Of a stretch of DNA of 64,000 bases, positions 13,339 to 26,258 are shown piece by piece. The position numbers and the translations under genes are program-made. The stretch spans positions 52,782,581 to 52,846,580 of the forward strand of contig NC_090385.1 of NCBI RefSeq assembly GCF_036365525.1, in the 5' to 3' direction. Below the pieces are notes generated by a model. It made no database searches. It was not told where the DNA came from and saw only the letters and a program-made list of their open reading frames with translations. The DNA comes from Heterodontus francisci (Eukaryota). The stretch's first letter is position 1. Each line of letters starts with the position of its first letter.

Positions 13339-14369
13339 TATGCACAAACATATCTGAAATATTTTACTCAGTGGATATGTGTGATGTGTTTTCAAGTGGG
13401 GAAGTGGGGGTGGGGGTGGGGGTGGGGGGGGGGGGGTCGGTGTGCAGGGTGCGGTTCCCAGTTTAAATCTGAGCAAGGGATTCAGTCTAAACGGTTTCCA
13501 GTTTGCATAACTATTTAATGGATACCACCATTTCTGGGAAGTCAGTAGGAGAGTAAGTGAAGGCTACTTGCACGTAGGAATTGCCTACTCCTGGCCCAGG
13601 CTAACAAAAATGAGATAGGCACTCTCTCTCTGTCCATCATTGATGAAAAGCAGATTGCAGGAGGTTTCCTTAAAAACAATATTTGAAGGAAAACTCAAGA
13701 TTTTAAACTATCAACCTGCTTTCCTGATGACTCATAAGGCAATTGGAGTATGTGGTATGATATTAAACTATCTGGACCAAGAGGATCCCAAGTTCAGTCG
13801 CTGGTCTGTGCGGAGTCTGCTGGGCTCAGCTGGGTTAATGTTGTGACATTGCATTTGGTCTCAGTTATTCCCAGGGTCATGACCCCTCTGAATAGTATAT
13901 ATGTTCAACAAAGACAGGATCTGCCTAGTAGTTGAATAGCCTACCAATACTTACTGTCTCTTCTAACATATGAATGTCAATTAATCAATACAACTGACAG
14001 CCCTTGCCATTAGAAATATGCCTCGATATGAATCAGCACCTTCAGGAAAAGAGAAAATTGGAAGAAAAAGAAACAAATTTACTCCTGGTGAACAGATTAT
14101 TCCTTTAGGCTTCAAACTAGATGCTATCACAGAGAAGCAGTTAACTCCGAAGGAGAGATTGTTAGCACCATTTGGTTTCAAATGGTATCTTGCTACTGGC
14201 TGAGAATTTATAGAAGTCAAAGAATTCTAGATACAGGGGTGTTCAATCTTTTAGACCAGTGGACTGGATCCTTATGATGCAGACAGTGAGAAGACCTCTT
14301 CTGATTAATTGTTCATTTGCACTATAAATTTAAAATGGTGCTAAGCAAGAACTGCTTGCCCCAATGCTA

Positions 14370-15100
14370 AAGTTGTACTATGTACTTTATCATACCCCTT
14401 CATAATCTTGAAGTCCTCTCTCGGCCCTAGTGTAAAAAGTCTTAACTTGTCAAGTCTTTTGTCACAACTGTAACTCTTCATTATTGGTAACATCCTAATG
14501 AATCTACACTGCACCTTTCTATTTTTTTTATGTTCCTCATATAATGGGGTGGCCCAAAGCTGTGCATAAAAGTTCCAACTGTGGTTTAACTAAAGTCTTG
14601 AATAAGTTTAACATTAGCTGCTTGTTTTTTTTGTTTGTTCTATGCCACTGAATCCAAATCCAAATATTTAATTTAGCTTTTTATGACCGGATCTACTTGT
14701 GCTACCCCTTTTAACAAGCTAGATATCTGCACACCAAAGTCTCTCTGCTCTTCTTACCCTTTAAATATTATTCAAGCTTCATTTTCTTGGCTTTTTCTTA
14801 TTTCCAGATGTATAATTTCACATTTTTTACACTGAACTGCATCTGCCACCCTATGTGTCACATTGCAATCTTTCACAATCCTTATATAATGACATAACCC
14901 CCTAAATGTTGTGTCATTAGCAAATTTTGATATTGTTCTCTCAATTCCTAAATCCAGATCACCTATATGTATAAAGAAAGAGCAGTCGTAACACAATTCC
15001 TCTGGAATCCACTCACTGTCTCTTTCCAGTCGCAGAAACTTCCTTTTACCCATCCCCTTTGCTTTCTGCCTTAATCTATCTGTCTATCCAGGCCCAGATT
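14370..15100 (-). mobile_element. Old CR1 fragment
   Basis: DLDLGIERTISKFANDT motif. Confidence 0.65.
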
Positions 15101-16278
15101 CACCTGAATGCCATGTGATTATCTTTGTCATAACTCTCTCATACTGTATGATATCAAATGTTCAGTGTGCTGGAATAAAAAAGTACGAAACAATGGGTCT
15201 TGCCTAAAGAGCAAAATAACATGGGAGAAGATGCTGTCCATAGTAATTAGTTATTTTTTGTACTGCCTGTGCATCACACTATGTTCTGTTAATATTTTTA
15301 GCTTAATGTAAAAAAAAAAGCACATCAAAAGTTGCAGGGTACTTTTGTTATTTTTGATATATCTAAACATGAGTAACAATTTATTTAATGGAAATATTAG
15401 TTCATTTTTTGTCAGTGTTATTTGACACGTGTAAGATTTCATTTGGGGGGGGGGGCGGGGGGGGGGGGGGGGGAGGTGTGATCAGGCTTTGCAAACAATT
15501 TTCATCTATTATGCTTGCCACCAAAAACTGGGCAAGATAGGGATAGGACAGGGAGTGGGATCACAACTTGACTTATAAGATTTGCCATACTGCTGATAGA
15601 AGTCTACTAAAAATCTTAATCATCTCAATAATCAATGCTCCCACATTACATGTCATGACTTTTGGTTGCTCATTTACCAGGCTGCCTGATCAAGAACTGA
15701 ATGATTGACTTATTTTCTATTGATTATTCTGATGGCTCAATCTGAATGGTTGAGAGAAAGGACATGAATGCTTAGTTAAAAACCCATATTCCCAGAATGA
15801 TGTGAACTGTTGTAGCTCAGTATTTAATTAGCAATTCAGCTTTAATGAAGGTTCTAATGGGTTTTCTGCTGCACCAGAGGACATGAAGGTAATTTCACAC
15901 TTAGACCTTAGCCAGCATATTAGTAGTGCTCCATTCTAATGTGAATGTAATGGCTCATTCATTGCAAACATAATGGGCCAGAACTGCTAGAGTATCAGTC
16001 TGCTCGCAGAATATATCTTACCTGTTTGAGTTGAAACTATACCGTACAATATCAATACTGAGATATTATTAGCTAGCAGATTAACATATTAATCCTTTGC
16101 CTACCATCTTAATGACCATACTAACCCATTAATGGCCTTCATTAAAGCAGTGGCTAATATAAGAGTTAATAATATCACAGGACATAATTTCCATCTATAA
16201 AAGGAGGGTAGAAAGCTTTCTGTTGTTATATGTAGTGGCATTCAAAATGTATTCATGCACATTCCCTGTTTGACATTG

Positions 16279-17977
16279 TCTTCTTCTTCGGCCTCCTTGT
16301 CTCGAGAGACAATGGGTAAGTGCCTAGAGGTGGTCAGTGGTTTGTGAAGCAGCACCTGGAGTGGCTATAAAGGCCAATTCTAGAGTGACAGACACTTCCA
16401 TAGGCACTGCAGATAAAATTGGTTGTTGGGGCTGTTACACAGCTTGCGCTTCGGTCTTTTTTCCTGCCAACAGCTAAGTCTCTTCGAATCGCCACTCTTT
16501 AGCCCCGCCTTTATGGCTGTCTGCCAGCTCTGGCGATCACTGGCAACTGACTCTCACGACTTGTGGTCAATGTCACAGGACTTCATGTCGCGTTTGCAGA
16601 CGTCCTTAAAGCGGAGACATGGGCGGCCGGTGGGTCTCATACCAGTGACTAGCTCGCTGTACAATGTGTCCTTGGAGATCCTGCCATCTTCCATGCGGCT
16701 CACATGGCCAAGCCATCTCAAGCGCCACTGGTTCAGTAGGGTGTATATGCTGGGGATGTTGGCCACTTCGAGGACTTCTGTGTTGAAGATACGGTCCTGC
16801 CACCTGATGCCAAGGATTCTCCGGAGGCAGCGAAGATGGAATAAATTGAGACGTCGCTCTTGGCTGACATATGTTGTCTAGGCCTCGCTGCCGTAGAGCA
16901 AGGTACTGAGGACACAGGCTTGATACACTTGGACTTTTGTGTTCTGTGTCAGTGCGCCATTTTCCCACACTCTCTTGGCCAGTCTGGACATAGCAGCGGA
17001 TGTCTTTCCCATGCGCTTGTTGATTTCTGCATCAAGAGACAGGTTACTGGTGATAGTTGAGCCTCGATAGGTAAACTCTTGAACCACTTCCAGAGCGCAG
17101 TCACCGATGTTGATGGATGGAGCATTTCTGACGTCCTGTCCCATGATGTTCGTTTTCTTGAGGCTTTCAAGAGTGCCAAGCCTGCTATACTCTCAGCACT
17201 CCATGAACTGCTTTGCCTGTGCTGGGATGAAGGAGCAGTACCACAGGACATGCACAATGCCAATATCATTACCCTCTATAAGAACAAGGGTGACCGCGGT
17301 GACTGCAATAACTACCGTGGAATCTCCCTGCTTAGGATAGTGGGGAAAGTCTTCACTCGAGTCATTTTAAACAGGCTCCAGAAGCTGGCTGAGCGTGTCT
17401 ATCCTGAGGCACAGTGTGGCTTTCGAGCAGAGAGAGCCACCATTGACATGCTGTTCTCCCTTCGCCAGCTACAGGAGAAATGCCGAGAACAACAGATGCC
17501 CCTCTACGTTGCTTTCATAGATCCCACCGAAGCCTTTGACCTCGTCAGCAGACGTGGTCTCTTCAGACTACTAGCAAAGATCAGATGTCCACCAAACTTA
17601 CTAAGTATCATCACCTCATTCCATGACAATATGAAAGGCACAATTCAGCATAGCAATGCCTCATCAGACCCCTTTCCTATCCTGAGTGGCGTGAAACAGA
17701 GCTGTGTTCTCACACCTACACTGTTTGGGATCTTCTTCTCCCTGCTGCTCTCATGTGTTCAAGTCTTCAGAAGAAGGAATTTTCCTCCACACAAGATCAG
17801 ATGGCAGGTTGTTCAACCTTGCCTGTCTAAGAGCGAAGACCAAAGTACAGAAGGTCCTCATCAGGGAACTCCTCTTTGCCGACGATGCTGCATTAACATC
17901 CCACACAGATGAGTCTCTGCAGAGACTCATCGACAGGATTGCGGCTGCCTGCAACGAATTTGGCCTAACCATCAGCC
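16279..17977 (-). mobile_element. RTE-clade LINE, 5'-truncated with an inverted 5' part
   Basis: 3' part on the minus strand (16279-17165, (GAA)n tail, YQACVLSTLLYGSE); RT part on the plus strand (NYRGISLL..QCGFR..GVKQ..LFADD); 10-bp TSD TTTGACATTG. Confidence 0.93.
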
Positions 17978-19731
17978 TTTGACATTGAGTGACACTGTAA
18001 ACCCATACTTTCACTTTTTATAGAAATATCAAACAAGAGAAATCTTCAACAACACATTGATAATGGTGCTACATATAATAACCAGAGGAATTCTTGCCCC
18101 ACATAGTTTGTGAGAGTTTTATACCACTTTCCACTACAGCCTAATAATTGACCAATTACCAAAGACAATGTCACCAAGAATAGTGTAATTTTTTTTCAAA
18201 GTTCAAAGTTTAAAACCTGTTTCAGAAAAATTTTCAAAATACAAATTATACCACAAACAGCAAACTAAATAGCACATTTTCCATTTAGCAATCCTCTCAG
18301 TAGTGTTAGCCTATAGTAGGTGAGGAAATGCTATGAGATAACTTATGACCCTGAATGTTTCCGTACTGTTAGATGTCATGGAGGCATGGGGAGTTTTGCA
18401 CAAGTGTGACTACCCTAGCTCAATAACCAGGACAGCAATGAGCATGAGCAGCCCCACTCTCAATAGTCCAAACATGCCTTTGGGGGTGTGTATGGTCAGG
18501 TTTGTGTCTGCATGCCCTTTCATGACCCAATCGGCAATGCAATATTTTAACATCCTCTATGTTTCTGGCTGAAATGATGCATTGTGCAATTAGTATGGAT
18601 TCTGTGGTCAGCTTTCACCATGCTGTTAACTCTTTTCTATGTACTCAGGGCATTCATTTTAAACCTAGAAATTATTTGTGACATTAGCACATCACTTAAC
18701 ATAACCCATTTAAGATACTGTAAATGGGCTTGTGCCTTGGATGAAATAATAATAAGAATGCCATACAAATGCAAATCATAAAAAGTAATTTACAGGCTTT
18801 TGTTTTTAAAATCATATCCGTTACAAACCTCTCCATAATAGTATAACATTTTAAAATATACATACCTTTTAAAACTAACTTTTTGTTATTGACACTGGTA
18901 GATAAGACTGAATAAAATAAGAATGAGCAAGTCAAAAAATATTGGGGAACGACACTGGTTACCAGATGTGACATCGTAAGTGTATTCAGAAATAATGTTT
19001 TGCCATTTTATCACAAATAGTGACAGAGTATTTCTTCCTAACCCCTCACTTATTCTCCAAAAATATACAATGCAAAGTGACCACTCTATATATTAATCCC
19101 TTATTTATTGCTGCTTAGTTGAGCTAGAGCTTTTAACTCTTAGCACAAGGCTGTAACGTGATTTCAGTAATATATATGTTCTACTGATAACATAAAACTA
19201 TTTGGAATTATCTGCAATGTGACCAGGCACTGAAAATTAAATTTTAAGTTTTTTAAAAGATCATTCTCAACAATGGATAATCTTTGAAGGTGAACTGGAA
19301 TAAAAAGACTTAATTGAAATGATAGTTCCAAGAAAACAAAAGAAAAATTTACTTTATAAACAAGCTTTTGTTGTTAAAAGTGGCGGTGGATATAAAAGCA
19401 TGTCTCACGTCCTACAACAATTAGTTAACGCACCCTCCATCTTAAAACAGAACTTTCAACACCTGTTTTTCTGAGGAAAAAAATTTATTAATGCTTGCGC
19501 AGTATGTTTTGCGTAATAATATACACTATATATATTTCTTAAACTGAGCACAATTGCTAGTGTGTCTAAGAGATGCATAAAGAAATAACAATGAACAAAA
19601 CTAATTTGAAAACTAAAATATATTAACTATGTCATTTATCATTGTTATAATTTTAGATTATTTGGATAAAACAGTGTCGGTATAACTGTGAGATCCGAAC
19701 AACAGAAATATAACAGACAAATACTGCTTAC

Positions 19732-20170
19732 CTCTGTAACTTGGTCCCAGTGTTTTTTAAGTAAGATTCCAGCCAATGACCAAACTCTTTTAGGAATCTA
19801 AATTGCTTGGCGCTGAATTGCAACTGCGCTGAATCTTCAGTGTTTCATCAGTGCTGATTGACAGCCGGTTCCTGGGTTTATCCCGAGATTGACAGTTGAA
19901 CAGTTCACCATTGGTGCTGTAGCAACAATAGTCACCAATGGGAGAAGTGCTGGGGCGGGACCCATAGTTAGAACCGCACCCCTTCAAATTAACATCTGTG
20001 TGTACCGAAGCGGAACTAGTCGGTTTCAGTTGAGTAGTAATGCTGGACGTGTTTAGTTTCAGAATACTCCAGAGATGAGTACTGTACTCATCTGCCTTCA
20101 AAGATAATGCGTTTCCTGTCTGTACGTAATAACTTTCCTTTGGCTATCCCATTAGGGCAGCGCCTGATCG
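19732..20170 (-). other. Candidate non-coding/5' exon of an unidentified minus-strand gene
   Basis: Apparently unique sequence, CpG-enriched relative to its flanks, ending in a consensus donor GAG|GTAAGC at 19731 on the minus strand. Confidence 0.4.
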
Positions 20171-22219
20171 TGTCTCAAGGAAAGAGAGGAAACAATGATA
20201 TTGCTCATAATAAATAAAAAAAGAACACAGGATTTTCGATCTATCCAAATTAATCAGCCAGTAAATGGCCTAATATGACCAACTCATTAAATTGTCACCT
20301 TGGAACATGGGAATTCTTGAAATTGAGTAGAATTTGGAATCCCAAAATTGCTATTGATTCTGCAATTTCAAATTTTCTTCCTTGTATCCATGATTTTGTG
20401 GTAAAATCTGGCCTGATTGAATAACTAGAGTGTACTGCCAGTTTGGTGGAGGGAAGTTAAGGGCAATGCTGAACATTTCAAGTCTTGAGACCTGTTTCAT
20501 AGAAACCACCAGAAGTTATCTGAAATGTTGGCTCCAAATCCTAACTGTTTAGAATAGTTAGGGACATTTACTCTATCTCTTGCTGTGTAATCTGTATGAG
20601 TCTTCAAACATCCCATTTGTGATGGTGATACAAGTGATACTGATGTCTTCAGTGAAATTTTCCCAATGTCATTTTGGTGCGAGTTCTCTACCCCAACTTC
20701 TGTAGCACAGGGTTCCTGACAAGCCTGGACTAATTACTTTGTAAGGTATGAAGAATGGGAGGAAGTAAATTTTGTGGCAGTGTGCACAGGGACCAAGCAA
20801 ACCTTAAGATAGTGTTAGCTTTTATTGTTGAAATGATGAGGTTCTTTTCAATTCATTGAAAGGTCGCCGCAAAGATCAAAGGAATACTTGATTGTTGCTT
20901 GACACTTTTCAAGGAACTTAAACATGATGTACCTTGTCACATGCTCCCTATTCGGAAAGGGAGCTGCGTTGCAAGGCAAGGGTCAACATTGTACAATATC
21001 TTTCAATCTGGCTTGCGAGAGGACACATGCACATAATCAAATCCTAGTAAGCAACTACAAGCCTTTCAGGGTTGGGCTTAATGACATAGATGTGGACATT
21101 ATTTAAGAATAAATATGCCAAGGATAAATGGGCATCTTTAAAAAAATCATTATGAGAGACCATCCAGGGAAAGTGCATAGCTAAATACAGTAAAGGCCAA
21201 GTAAACAAAAATGTTCTGGAATGAATTAACAGGAAAATTAAAAGGGAAATTAGGAGAAAAAAATTAACAGAGGTTATTGGAGGAGGTAGAGGGGACCCTT
21301 CAGGTCAAATTAAAAATTACACAAAGACGTGTCAAAAAAAAGACTGTGGGTGTCAAGACAAACTGCAAAGGGACATAGCAGCAGATGCAAAACGTCACAC
21401 CAAAAGATTTTCCTAAACTACAACAGGAAGAGGATAATCTAGGGAATAGAATTCCCTACCTAAATAGAACAGGGTAGATTATTGTCTTTACCTCCTCGGT
21501 GTTAAGGCATAGCCTGGACAGAGTGCAGAAAATAAATCTGGATGGAATGAAGGCATGCCTGTTACAGAACCTACTAGTTTCTTTCCATTAACAATCTTCC
21601 CTGCCAGACTTTCCAGTCTGTACACCACTCAGGCAATAGTCAGATAGTAAAGACAAAAATCTATCCTTCGAACTATTCGTAATCATAATAGCCGTGACAT
21701 CCACTTTCAATACTCCAATACCTAGGTCAAGCTGCAAATTCACATAAAAACCTGAATGAAATATGGAATTTCTCATGGACAGATCCTAGAATCCATCACT
21801 TTTGCATCTTGAAGGCCATATGATGTCGTGAACTTTGATTTCCAAGACACTCTTCGTTGGCTATCAATAATAAGAGATAGATCTGGATTAGTAAACAGCT
21901 AAAGGGAAGGAAGTAGAGGCATTTGTAAGAGAAACTGAGGCACAATGGAGGGAGGTAGTTAATGGCGTGCCTTGGGAGTCCATGTTGGAACCCTTCCTGT
22001 TCTTAATACATCTGAAATCAGAGTCTCAATGCAGAATAGTTAAATTCACAAGTTACTCCAAGCTAGGGGGTCTTTGAATTTAAAAGAGGCAACCAAGATC
22101 TTAGAAAGAAAGCTGGTTGGGGTTTGTACACAGGCCAGTTAATTGCAAGTGAAATCCAATAGGGGCAAATCCAAACTATTATATTTTGTAAGGAAAAACA
22201 GATGGTACATGTACTCCAT

Positions 22220-22740
22220 CTTTGCAACATGGCAACAACATCTCTGCTGCCACCTCTTCCCACTGCCACCAAGACACTAATCCATGCTTTTATTATCTCT
22301 ACTTCTAACCTCCACTCTACAACTTTCCGCAAACTGCACCTTATTTAGAATGTCACTGCTTGTCTCCTGACCTACACAAAGCTCCAGTCTTCCACGATTC
22401 CAGTCCTCATAGACTCCATTGCCTTCCCATACCACTATGAATCAATTTCAAGATCCTTACCTTCACCTTCAGATGTCTCCATAACCTTACTTACCCTATC
22501 TTTTTCAGTCCTGTGTCCCTGATAACACTACTGCTTCTCAGACACTTGTCTATTCCTTGGTTCCAACCTCTTTGCTTCATTGTTGGCAGCCATTCTTTCA
22601 ACCGGTGTGTCTCCACTTTCTGAAATTCCCTCCCAAATGTGCTTTGTTTTACTTCCTCACTCACTGCTTTCAAAAGCCAGCTAAAGACTTTTATTTCCAA
22701 CTGTTCTTTCAGCCTGCCCTTAATGCCATTCTACCTAATC
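22220..22740 (+). mobile_element. Old L2-like fragment
   Basis: Pyrimidine-rich degenerate L2 3' region, similar to 41560-42000. Confidence 0.5.
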
Positions 22741-22910
22741 TTTTCTGCTACATTTTCAGTCATACAAATCATCTTACCTCAAATTATTTTGCCTTTTATA
22801 TCTTAAATTACTCTCATGGGTAAGTCCCACTCCCCATACCTTTGAACTTGTTTATCCTTACGTTAGGATCTGGCTAAACTTTCAATAACACACCACAAGC
22901 AAATGGCAGA

Positions 22911-23126
22911 AATAAAAACAAAAAGTGTTGGAAATACTCAGCAGGTCTGGCAGCATCTGTGGAGAGAGAAGTAGAGTTAACGTTTCAGGTCAGTGACCTT
23001 TCATCACTGACCTGAAATGTTAACTCTGCTTCTCTCTCCACAGATGCTGCCAGACCTGCTGAGCATTTCCAACACTTTTTGTTTTTATTTCAGATTTCCA
23101 GCATCTGCAGTATTTTGCTTTTATTT
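22911..23126. mobile_element. Short fold-back Penelope-terminus element
   Basis: Near-perfect ~85-bp inverted arms; 14-bp TSD AAGCAAATGGCAGA / AACCAAAGGGCAGA. Confidence 0.85.
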
Positions 23127-24354
23127 AACCAAAGGGCAGATACTGTATGGTAATTATTTTTAGCTACTGGGTTTATCTTATGGCTTCATAAGATTTCACT
23201 CTGGTCTCCAAAAGCAATCATATATCATATTCAACACTATCAGTCATCAAAGAGTGGTCAAAGGAAGGTTCGGGCTGATTAGAGACTGAAACGGAGATTT
23301 TCTTGTGAAGGCAGAGGGCCTGGATGAGGTACTAATTGAAAATAATTCACTAGAGAAGAGGATACTGCCAATACAGCAGTAAAGGAGAAGGCAGTAGCAA
23401 TATTGGATAGGATAATAATAAAGAAAAAGGAGGCACTTAATAGGTTGGCAGTCCTCAAAGTAGAAAAGTCACTTGGCCTGGATAAAAATGACAGAGACTG
23501 TGAACAAATATTTTGTACCTGTCTTCATGATAGAAGACTGTAAAAGCATCCCAATACTAGTAGAAAATCAAGGGGCAAAAGGGAAGGAAGAACTTAAAGC
23601 ACTCATTAGCACTAGAGAAGAAGTACTAGCCAAACTAATGGGACTAAAGTTTGACAAGTGCCCCGGACCTGATGGCCTGCACCCTCGGGTCTTAAAAGAA
23701 GTGGCTGTAGAGATCATGGATGCATTGGTTGTAGTCTTCCAAAATTCCCTAGATTCTGGAAAGAGCAGATTGGAAAACTGTAGATGTAATGCTGTTATTC
23801 AAGAAAGGAGAGAGACAGAAAGCAGGAAACTATAGTCCAGTTAGCGTAACATTTCTGATTGGGAAAATGCTGTATCCATTATTAAGGAAGTAGTAGCAGG
23901 ACATTTGGAAAATCATAATACAATCAAGCAGAGTCAGCATGGTTTTATGTTAGGGACATCATGTTTGACAAATTTATTAGAGTTCTTTAGGGATGTAACA
24001 AGTAGGGTGGGTAAAGGGGAACCATTAGATTATAGCGTATTTGGATTTCCAAAAGGCATTCGATAAGGTACCACATAAAAAGTTACTGCACAAGATAAGA
24101 GTGCATGGTGTTGGAGGTAATATATTAGCATGGCTAGAGGATTGGCTAATTAACAGAAAATAGAGAGTTAACATAAATGGATCATTTTCAGGTTGGCAAA
24201 CCATAACTAGTAGAGTGTGACAGGGAACAGTGCTGGGGTCTCAACTGTTTACAATCTATAGTCATAACTTGGATGAAGGGATTGAGTGTATTGTCGCCAA
24301 ATTTACTGACGATACAAAGATAGGTAGGAAAGCAATTTATGAGGAAGACACAAA

Positions 24355-25824
24355 GGCTGAATTTTCAGGCCTCCCCGAAGTCAGGAACAGAGGTGGGGTT
24401 GGTGGGGGGTGGGGGGTGGGAAGCAGGGTGGTGGGTGCTCAAAATACCAGCACTGGCTAGTGTATCAGTCTGAGAAGCCATTCCCAGTACTGGCCATTTG
24501 GGATTTTGGGGAGGTGACTTCAGGGCCCAGGAAGGCTTCCCGTCCCCAGAAGGTGGGCAAGCAATTAATCTTATTAAAGGCCTTGTTAAAGGTAAGTTTG
24601 GGAGGCCAACTAAGATTTTCCAATTGGCCGCCAGCGGACTGGCTGTTTTTTGAGTATTTAAATTAAAGTTTTTAAAAAGTTGCTGAGAGGGCACCTTACT
24701 GTTAAGGCACCCTCCCAGTTACTTACCTTGTACTGCAGCTGTGGTCATGGGACAAGGTATGCATCTCCAACCCTGATCACACTAAATAACACTCCACTTG
24801 AAGTGCTTAGCAAATTCTGCTACCTTGGGTCCACGGTGATAGACAATCTGTCCCTTGATGAAGAGCTCGATACACACTTGGAAAAGCAGCTACCACCTTT
24901 GGCTGACACACGAAACGCACATGGGATACACCAAACTAACCCTTAGGACAAAGCTGATGGTCTATAAGGCCTGTGTTCTCAGCACCTTGCTATATGGCTG
25001 TGAGACATGGGCAACAACAGCTCCAAGGAAAATAAGCTCAATAATTTCCATCTTCGCTGTCTGTGGTGCATTATGGGTATATCCTGGCAGGACAAAATCA
25101 CAAATGCGGAGTCCTCTCAAAGACAGAGCTCCCAAGTGTGTTGGCACTAATCAAACAGAGGCAGCTTTGGTGGATTGGACACGTGCGCAGGACAGTCACG
25201 TACCCAAGGCCCTTCTGTATAGTGAGGTAGCCGGGGCCAGATGACCAGTGGGGCGCCCAAAACTCAGCTTCAAGGATGTTTGCAAGTGTGACATGAAGGC
25301 CCTAAATGTCGACTATCACACCTGGGAGTCACTAGCTGGTGAAAAAGGGAAAATGGCAACTCATCCTGTGGACTGGCATACACTACCATGATGACCAGTG
25401 GCTACAGCAGTTTGACAACAGGCGCCAATGCCGAAATCAACAACTCACAGCGTCATTTGGCAGCTTCACATGCGGCACTTGTGGCAGAACCTTCCTTTCA
25501 AGGATTGGCCTTCATAGCCATCAGCAAAGGTGCACCAAGAGAAGACACCCCACCTAAATGGATTGTTTGCTGCATGTCCATCATCTTTCATAGATGGAAG
25601 GATGCCAACCAACCAACCAACTCTCCTGTGAAGCTGAAGGCCTCTGATTGGCCCTCCAGCTTTGAGAGACTGCTCACTGGCCTTAATTGGACAGGAAACC
25701 TGTCTCCATGCCTATGAAGGGCTTCCGCATGTGAAAATCTTAACTTTAACCAGCTTCCCTCCGGAGCTGCATTTCTGACCCGAAAACAAACCTGTTTCTT
25801 GCCTCCGTGGTGAAAATTCAGCCC
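24355..25824. mobile_element. Harbinger-like MITE that itself contains an RTE
   Basis: TIRs GGCTGAATTTTCA / TGAAAATTCAGCC(C); apparent 3-bp TSD AAA inside the CR1. Confidence 0.65.
24740..25620 (+). mobile_element. RTE LINE 3' fragment (second subfamily)
   Basis: FCYLGS, YKACVLSTLLYGCETW, C-terminal C2H2 (CGTCGRTFLSRIGLHSH); (CCAA)n tail. Confidence 0.85.
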
Positions 25825-26258
25825 AAAGAGTCTGCAAAGGGATATAGATAGCTTCAGTGAGTGGGCAAATTTTGGCAAATGGAGTATAATGTGGGAAATA
25901 TGAGGTTATCCTTTTTGGTAGGAAGAATAGAAAAGCAATACAATTTGTAAATGGAGAGAGACTATGGAATGCTGTAGTACAGAGGGATATGGGTGTCCTC
26001 ACACATGAAACATAAAAAGTTAGCATGAAAGTATAGCAAGTAATTAGGAAGGTAAATGGAATGTTGGCCTTTATTGCAAGGGGGATTGATTATAAAAGTA
26101 GCGCAGTTTTGCTACACGTACAGAGTGTTGTTGAGACCACACCTAGAGTACTGGAGACAGTTTTCATCTCATTATTTAAGGAGGGATACACTTGCATTGG
26201 AGGTGGTTCAGAGAAGGTTTACTAGATTGATTCCTGGGATGAAGGGGTTGTCTTATGA

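Noticed and set aside
13144-13518. ORFs with YIYI/THTH/poly-Pro/poly-Gly runs
   Set aside because: Artefacts of the microsatellite and G-runs.
15444-15475. Long G-run as a functional G-quadruplex
   Set aside because: Simple homopolymer, error-prone in assemblies, with no functional context.
19790-20101. 103-aa minus-strand ORF
   Set aside because: Starts at TTG with an upstream in-frame stop and no in-frame ATG, and ends before the splice donor; treated as non-coding.
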